A stretch of DNA of 64,000 nucleotides from Patescibacteria group bacterium (lineage in GTDB: Bacteria; Patescibacteriota; Patescibacteriia; UBA10025; JAHIVO01), in NCBI GenBank assembly GCA_041660605.1, contig JBAZWB010000001.1, positions 462,879 to 526,878 on the forward strand, in the 5' to 3' direction. The position numbers were made by a program, and so were the translations under genes. The notes beneath the pieces were generated by a model. That model saw only the letters and a program-made list of their open reading frames with translations, had not been told where the DNA came from and searched no databases. Position 1 is the first letter of the stretch, and every line of letters begins with the position of its first letter. Shown one piece after another: positions 60,400 to 64,000 of the stretch.

Positions 60400-60445
60400 A
60401 CTGAATATAGGCGGCATTCTCAGGAGAGGATGCCGCTTTTTTATT
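60400..60445 (+). terminator. rho-independent terminator
   Basis: GGCGGCATtctcaggagaggATGCCGC + TTTTTTATTT. Confidence 0.6.
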
Positions 60446-60517
60446 TATAATTGCTATTTAAACGAAGTAGAATTAGAATAAACCTATGGGAAAATCAAAC
60501 AGTTAAGATATTTATTA

Positions 60518-61213
60518 ATGAAAAGCCACTATAAAACATTATTAATAATTTTTTTACCCCTTATTATAATCGTGATTTTTAGCGTAATATATTTTAAAAA
60601 TAATCAATCAGGTACGACTGTTGCTAATAAAAATATTAATTCATCGCAAAATAATAAGGTAAACAGTTTAAATGTAAATAATATCGTTAGTAATGAAAAT
60701 ATTTCTACAAGCACCAGCCAGAAAATAAAACTAACCGAGCCGGTACCGGATTTCGTAAAGGGAGTTACCTTGAAACCATTCGGCATTTATATCACTCCGC
60801 AGAATTCGCCCGTGCAGCCGGAGAAGTTTACCGGGTATCATACCGGAGCGGACGCGGAGTTTACCGATGTCACCGGCGAGGTGCCGGTAAAAGCCATAGC
60901 ACCCGGGCAGGTGGTTTATTCGGGCACGGCCAGCGGTTACGGCGGAGTAATAGTTATCAGGCATTTGATTGATGGCAAAGAGATTTTGACCGTCTATGGC
61001 CACCTCCAGCCGTCCAGCCTGCTGCCCAGGGATGCGGCGGTAACTACAGGCCAGCAAATCGGAGTATTGGGCGAAGGCTATACTTCTCAAACTGATTACG
61101 AACGCAAACATTTGCATCTGGCTATGCTGAAAGGAGCAGCCTTGAGTTTAAAAGGCTATGTCAGTACAAAAGAAGAATTGGCTGGCTGGTATAATCCTCT
61201 TGATTTTTTTTAA
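60518..61213 (+). CDS. membrane-anchored M23 family peptidase
   Basis: HTGADAEF (HxGxD), GVIVIRH, HLHLAM (HxH) motifs. Confidence 0.75.
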   Translation: MKSHYKTLLIIFLPLIIIVIFSVIYFKNNQSGTTVANKNINSSQNNKVNSLNVNNIVSNENISTSTSQKIKLTEPVPDFVKGVTLKPFGIYITPQNSPVQPEKFTGYHTGADAEFTDVTGEVPVKAIAPGQVVYSGTASGYGGVIVIRHLIDGKEILTVYGHLQPSSLLPRDAAVTTGQQIGVLGEGYTSQTDYERKHLHLAMLKGAALSLKGYVSTKEELAGWYNPLDFF

Positions 61214-61292
61214 TTTAGATTAATAATCCAAACTATATTTTATTTGAAATGTTACTACATAACAGGTTTTTCGTAGTATATAGTAGAAAACC

Positions 61293-61862
61293 ATGGTTAA
61301 AAACGAAAACAAAATAATAAGGCAGTGTCAGGCCGGCGATTTGAAGCAGTTCGCCGAGCTTTATGAAGCGTATATTGAAAAAATTTACAGCTTTGTCTTT
61401 TATCGGACAATGCATCGTGAAATTGCCGAAGACCTGGTCAGCCAGATTTTTCTCAAAGCCCTGGAGCGTATAAATTCTTATGATGAGACGAGAGGCGCTT
61501 TTTCCTCCTGGCTATACAGTATTGCACGTAATACTGTAATCGACCACTACCGGACTAAGCGTGATCATGAAGATATTGACAGCCAATGGTCACTGGCTAT
61601 GGATGGCGACCTTTATGAACAATCCGCCGACCGGCATCTGCTTGAAAAAGTAATCAGGCATTTGAATTTGCTTAATACGGAACAACGCGATTTGTTAATC
61701 ATGAAAATATGGGACGAATTGACATATAAGGAAATTGCCGAAATAATCGGCAAAACACCGGCGAATTGCAAAATGATTTTTTACCGGACAATCCATAAAC
61801 TGCGCCAAGAATTGACCTTGGCAATAGCCATAGCATTATTAATTATTTTATCAAAACTATGA
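61293..61862 (+). CDS. ECF-type RNA polymerase sigma factor
   Basis: Region 2 (FSFVFYRTMHREIAEDLVSQIFLKA) and region 4 (LTYKEIAEIIGKTPANCKMIFYR). Confidence 0.8.
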   Translation: MVKNENKIIRQCQAGDLKQFAELYEAYIEKIYSFVFYRTMHREIAEDLVSQIFLKALERINSYDETRGAFSSWLYSIARNTVIDHYRTKRDHEDIDSQWSLAMDGDLYEQSADRHLLEKVIRHLNLLNTEQRDLLIMKIWDELTYKEIAEIIGKTPANCKMIFYRTIHKLRQELTLAIAIALLIILSKL

Positions 61863-63385
61863 CACAAAATATTGAAAAAATTTTGATCGAGTTGTATGAC
61901 CTGGAGCCTGGTTTTCGCGATCATGAAAAAGAATTAAGAGTCATTTTAACAGAAATAATCAAGACACAGCCGCTGGTTAGAATTGATCAGACATTCCGGA
62001 ATGAATTACGCGCTAAGCTCATGCGGACAGCAGGAGGCAAAGAACCGCTGGCAGCAGAGGATGCGCGTGGTATTTATCGCAGTAAATTACGGCTGTTCAG
62101 GCCACGGTGGCTGGCCGCTTCACTGGCGTTGGTAGGTATTACTGCGGCAGTAGTAGTGGTGCTTATTAATCAGACAGGAGTAAATGACATAAATAGCTCT
62201 GGCACTGGTATAGCTTCAGGCAAACTGAAGATTGCGAAAACAGGCCAGGAAGCATTTGGTGATTTTTCATTGTTAAATTTAACGTCGCCGACTGTGCCAG
62301 AAAGCGGCCGCGGTGGCGGCGGAGCCATGGCTTTGGTTACGAAAGATACGTCCCAGACAGACGAAGCCAGCGATTCATCCGGTGTGGCTGTGCCTGATAT
62401 CATGCCGATACCCGAGAGCATTAACTATCGTTATGTTTATCAAGGTGCGCCGTTGCAAATTCAGGATGCTAAAATGGATGTCCTCAGGCGGCAATCCGGC
62501 CAGACAGCTGGTTCTGACATTATTAAGACGCTGTCTAGCTTAGGTTTTGGTCTAGTTAATCTTCCGTCTTTTAAAGATCTTCAGCTTCAAAATTTTACCA
62601 TGAAACAAAGCGGGGATAACGGTTACAATGTTGATGTCAGCCTGATGTCCGGGTCTATTATAATCAGTCAGGTCTGGGATCAGGCGACTGATTCAAAATG
62701 CGCCGGCGATGATTGCCTTGAGCAGCGGGCTGTAACAGCCGGGGATATCCCCTCGGATGATACGCTGATTGGCATTGCAAATTCTTTTCTGCAGGATCAT
62801 GCTATCAGCCGTCAGGCATACGGTACGCCAGAAATTATGAAAACCTGGATGACCGGCAATGTTAAGGAGGTTGGCTACCTGCCGGATACAGTTCAGGCGC
62901 TCTATCCGCTGGTGATCGATGGCAGGAAAGTATACAGCGCATCTGGTGAACAGCTTGGCCTATGGGTCAGTATAAATATTTTAAATCAGCGCGTAACCAG
63001 CGTGGCTAATCTTCAGGCGCAGCAATATCAAAGCTCGTCTTATGCAGCGCAAACTGATGTCAATGCTGTTCTGGCGCTGGCGCAAAAAGGCGGGCTGTAC
63101 TCTTATGAATCAGCCGATTCCGCAAAAACTGTCGATGTAACTCTCGGAGCTCCGGCTCTGGGTTTTGTCAGCGTTTCTACTTATCAGGATTCTCAATACC
63201 AGGAGTTTTTAGTGCCGGCATATATTTTCCCGGTGCAGAATGCGCCAGAAGAAATTGCCTATAAAAAGCAGGTGATAGTGCCACTGGTTAAAGAATTTTT
63301 TAGCTTGGGTGACGATGGCCAGGTAATAGGAAGCGATACTCCGTCGTCTTCGCCTGTTGAAATTCAACCAGCGCCGATAAAATAA
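61859..63385 (+). CDS. putative membrane-spanning anti-sigma factor
   Basis: ATGA overlap with the sigma gene; single TM (LAASLALVGITAAVVVVLI); large extracytoplasmic domain. Confidence 0.5.
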   Translation: MTQNIEKILIELYDLEPGFRDHEKELRVILTEIIKTQPLVRIDQTFRNELRAKLMRTAGGKEPLAAEDARGIYRSKLRLFRPRWLAASLALVGITAAVVVVLINQTGVNDINSSGTGIASGKLKIAKTGQEAFGDFSLLNLTSPTVPESGRGGGGAMALVTKDTSQTDEASDSSGVAVPDIMPIPESINYRYVYQGAPLQIQDAKMDVLRRQSGQTAGSDIIKTLSSLGFGLVNLPSFKDLQLQNFTMKQSGDNGYNVDVSLMSGSIIISQVWDQATDSKCAGDDCLEQRAVTAGDIPSDDTLIGIANSFLQDHAISRQAYGTPEIMKTWMTGNVKEVGYLPDTVQALYPLVIDGRKVYSASGEQLGLWVSINILNQRVTSVANLQAQQYQSSSYAAQTDVNAVLALAQKGGLYSYESADSAKTVDVTLGAPALGFVSVSTYQDSQYQEFLVPAYIFPVQNAPEEIAYKKQVIVPLVKEFFSLGDDGQVIGSDTPSSSPVEIQPAPIK

Positions 63386-63400
63386 ATTAAAAAAGAAAAA

Positions 63401-63431
63401 CCGGATTTGCGGAAGTCCGGTTTTTTTGGAG
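63401..63431. terminator. bidirectional rho-independent terminator
   Basis: AAAAACCGGATTTGCGGAAGTCCGGTTTTTTT between convergent genes. Confidence 0.6.
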
Positions 63432-63452
63432 CAGACAGCCCCGTAAGTTGGA

Positions 63453-63800
63453 TCACTTGAATAACTTAATGGCTTCTTCAACGGTAGCATGGTGAATCGG
63501 AAAGATCTGAGTCAGTTGAGTGGTTACTAGCAATTGTTCAACACTAGCGTTGGGATTAAGCAGGATTATCTGCGCCCCTGTTTCATTAGCCGCTTTTTTA
63601 GCGGATATCAGAGAGCCCAGGCCTTTTGAGTTAGCACGTGTCGTAGTGCCTAAGTCAACGATGACTTTTTTTGTTCCTGCTGATAATACTGCCTTAATGT
63701 AATCGCCGACGCCAACCACGTTTTCGTATTCCATAGTACCATCGATAGTGATAACGACAACTCCGCCAGTTTCGTATTTATCCAAAGTGCATGGTGCCAT
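63453..63800 (-). CDS. STAS-domain anti-sigma factor antagonist (SpoIIAA/RsbV-like)
   Basis: DLGTTTRANSKGLGSLISAKK carries the phosphorylatable Ser/Thr region typical of STAS antagonists. Confidence 0.7.
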   Translation of the reverse strand: MAPCTLDKYETGGVVVITIDGTMEYENVVGVGDYIKAVLSAGTKKVIVDLGTTTRANSKGLGSLISAKKAANETGAQIILLNPNASVEQLLVTTQLTQIFPIHHATVEEAIKLFK

Positions 63801-64000
63801 AACATCCTCCTTGAGATGAAAACAGCGATATAATTAACTAAAATTAGCAGTTTTTTATTTTAATGTCAAGTGTAATAGTTGAATTATTTTTGTCAGTGGC
63901 GTAAAATTCAGTCATTAATATAAAATTAAATGGGCAGTAAGTTTGTAATATATTTTTGTCTGTTTGTCGGGTCCAGCATCGGAAGCTATCTGCCGACACT

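Overview
This is an AT-rich bacterial chromosomal window with tightly packed, mostly + strand genes. Many proteins are small or membrane-anchored, which would fit a reduced-genome Patescibacteria/CPR-like organism; this is my inference only, as no rRNA lies in the window.

Recognisable content:
- An rpsB-tsf-ricT(PSP1)-TPR operon.
- A remodelled tRNA cluster (Thr-GGT, Tyr-GTA, Thr-TGT, then rpmG and Trp-CCA). It is full of GC-rich REP-like palindromes, tandem partial tRNA duplications and a small GIY-YIG nuclease gene.
- A PEBP/YbhB protein, a large repeat-rich surface protein, an M32 carboxypeptidase, and a Rieske protein next to a clear heliorhodopsin.
- RecX, and a PEGA/TolB-like lipoprotein.
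- An ~11 kb defence island at about 20.7-31.9 kb. It holds a Type I R-M operon hsdM-X-hsdS-Y-hsdR with two unknown genes embedded: X is PIN-like and Y is a membrane-anchored protein. A GC-richer MerR-HTH::GHKL-ATPase + STAS-like (DUF4325-type) cassette follows, bracketed by duplicated junction sequence, then a DUF45/YgjP metallohydrolase and an HTH-Fic AMPylase.
- An IS200/RAYT-like Y1 transposase pseudogene, split exactly at its HUH motif by a 40-nt REP-like palindrome.
- greA, ABC transporters, a P-type ATPase, an NMO-family oxidoreductase, NUDIX, peptidase S51, an AI-2E transporter, RidA, DsbB/BdbC and a BON protein.
- An OmpR/histidine-kinase pair, rlmN, a PAP2 phosphatase, an M23 peptidase and an ECF sigma / anti-sigma / STAS module.

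Several minus-strand genes and one ~0.7 kb segment look visibly GC-richer than their surroundings.

The two things I would look at first are the Type I R-M operon with its two embedded unknown genes plus the adjacent HTH-GHKL/STAS cassette, and the unusual tRNA locus architecture.
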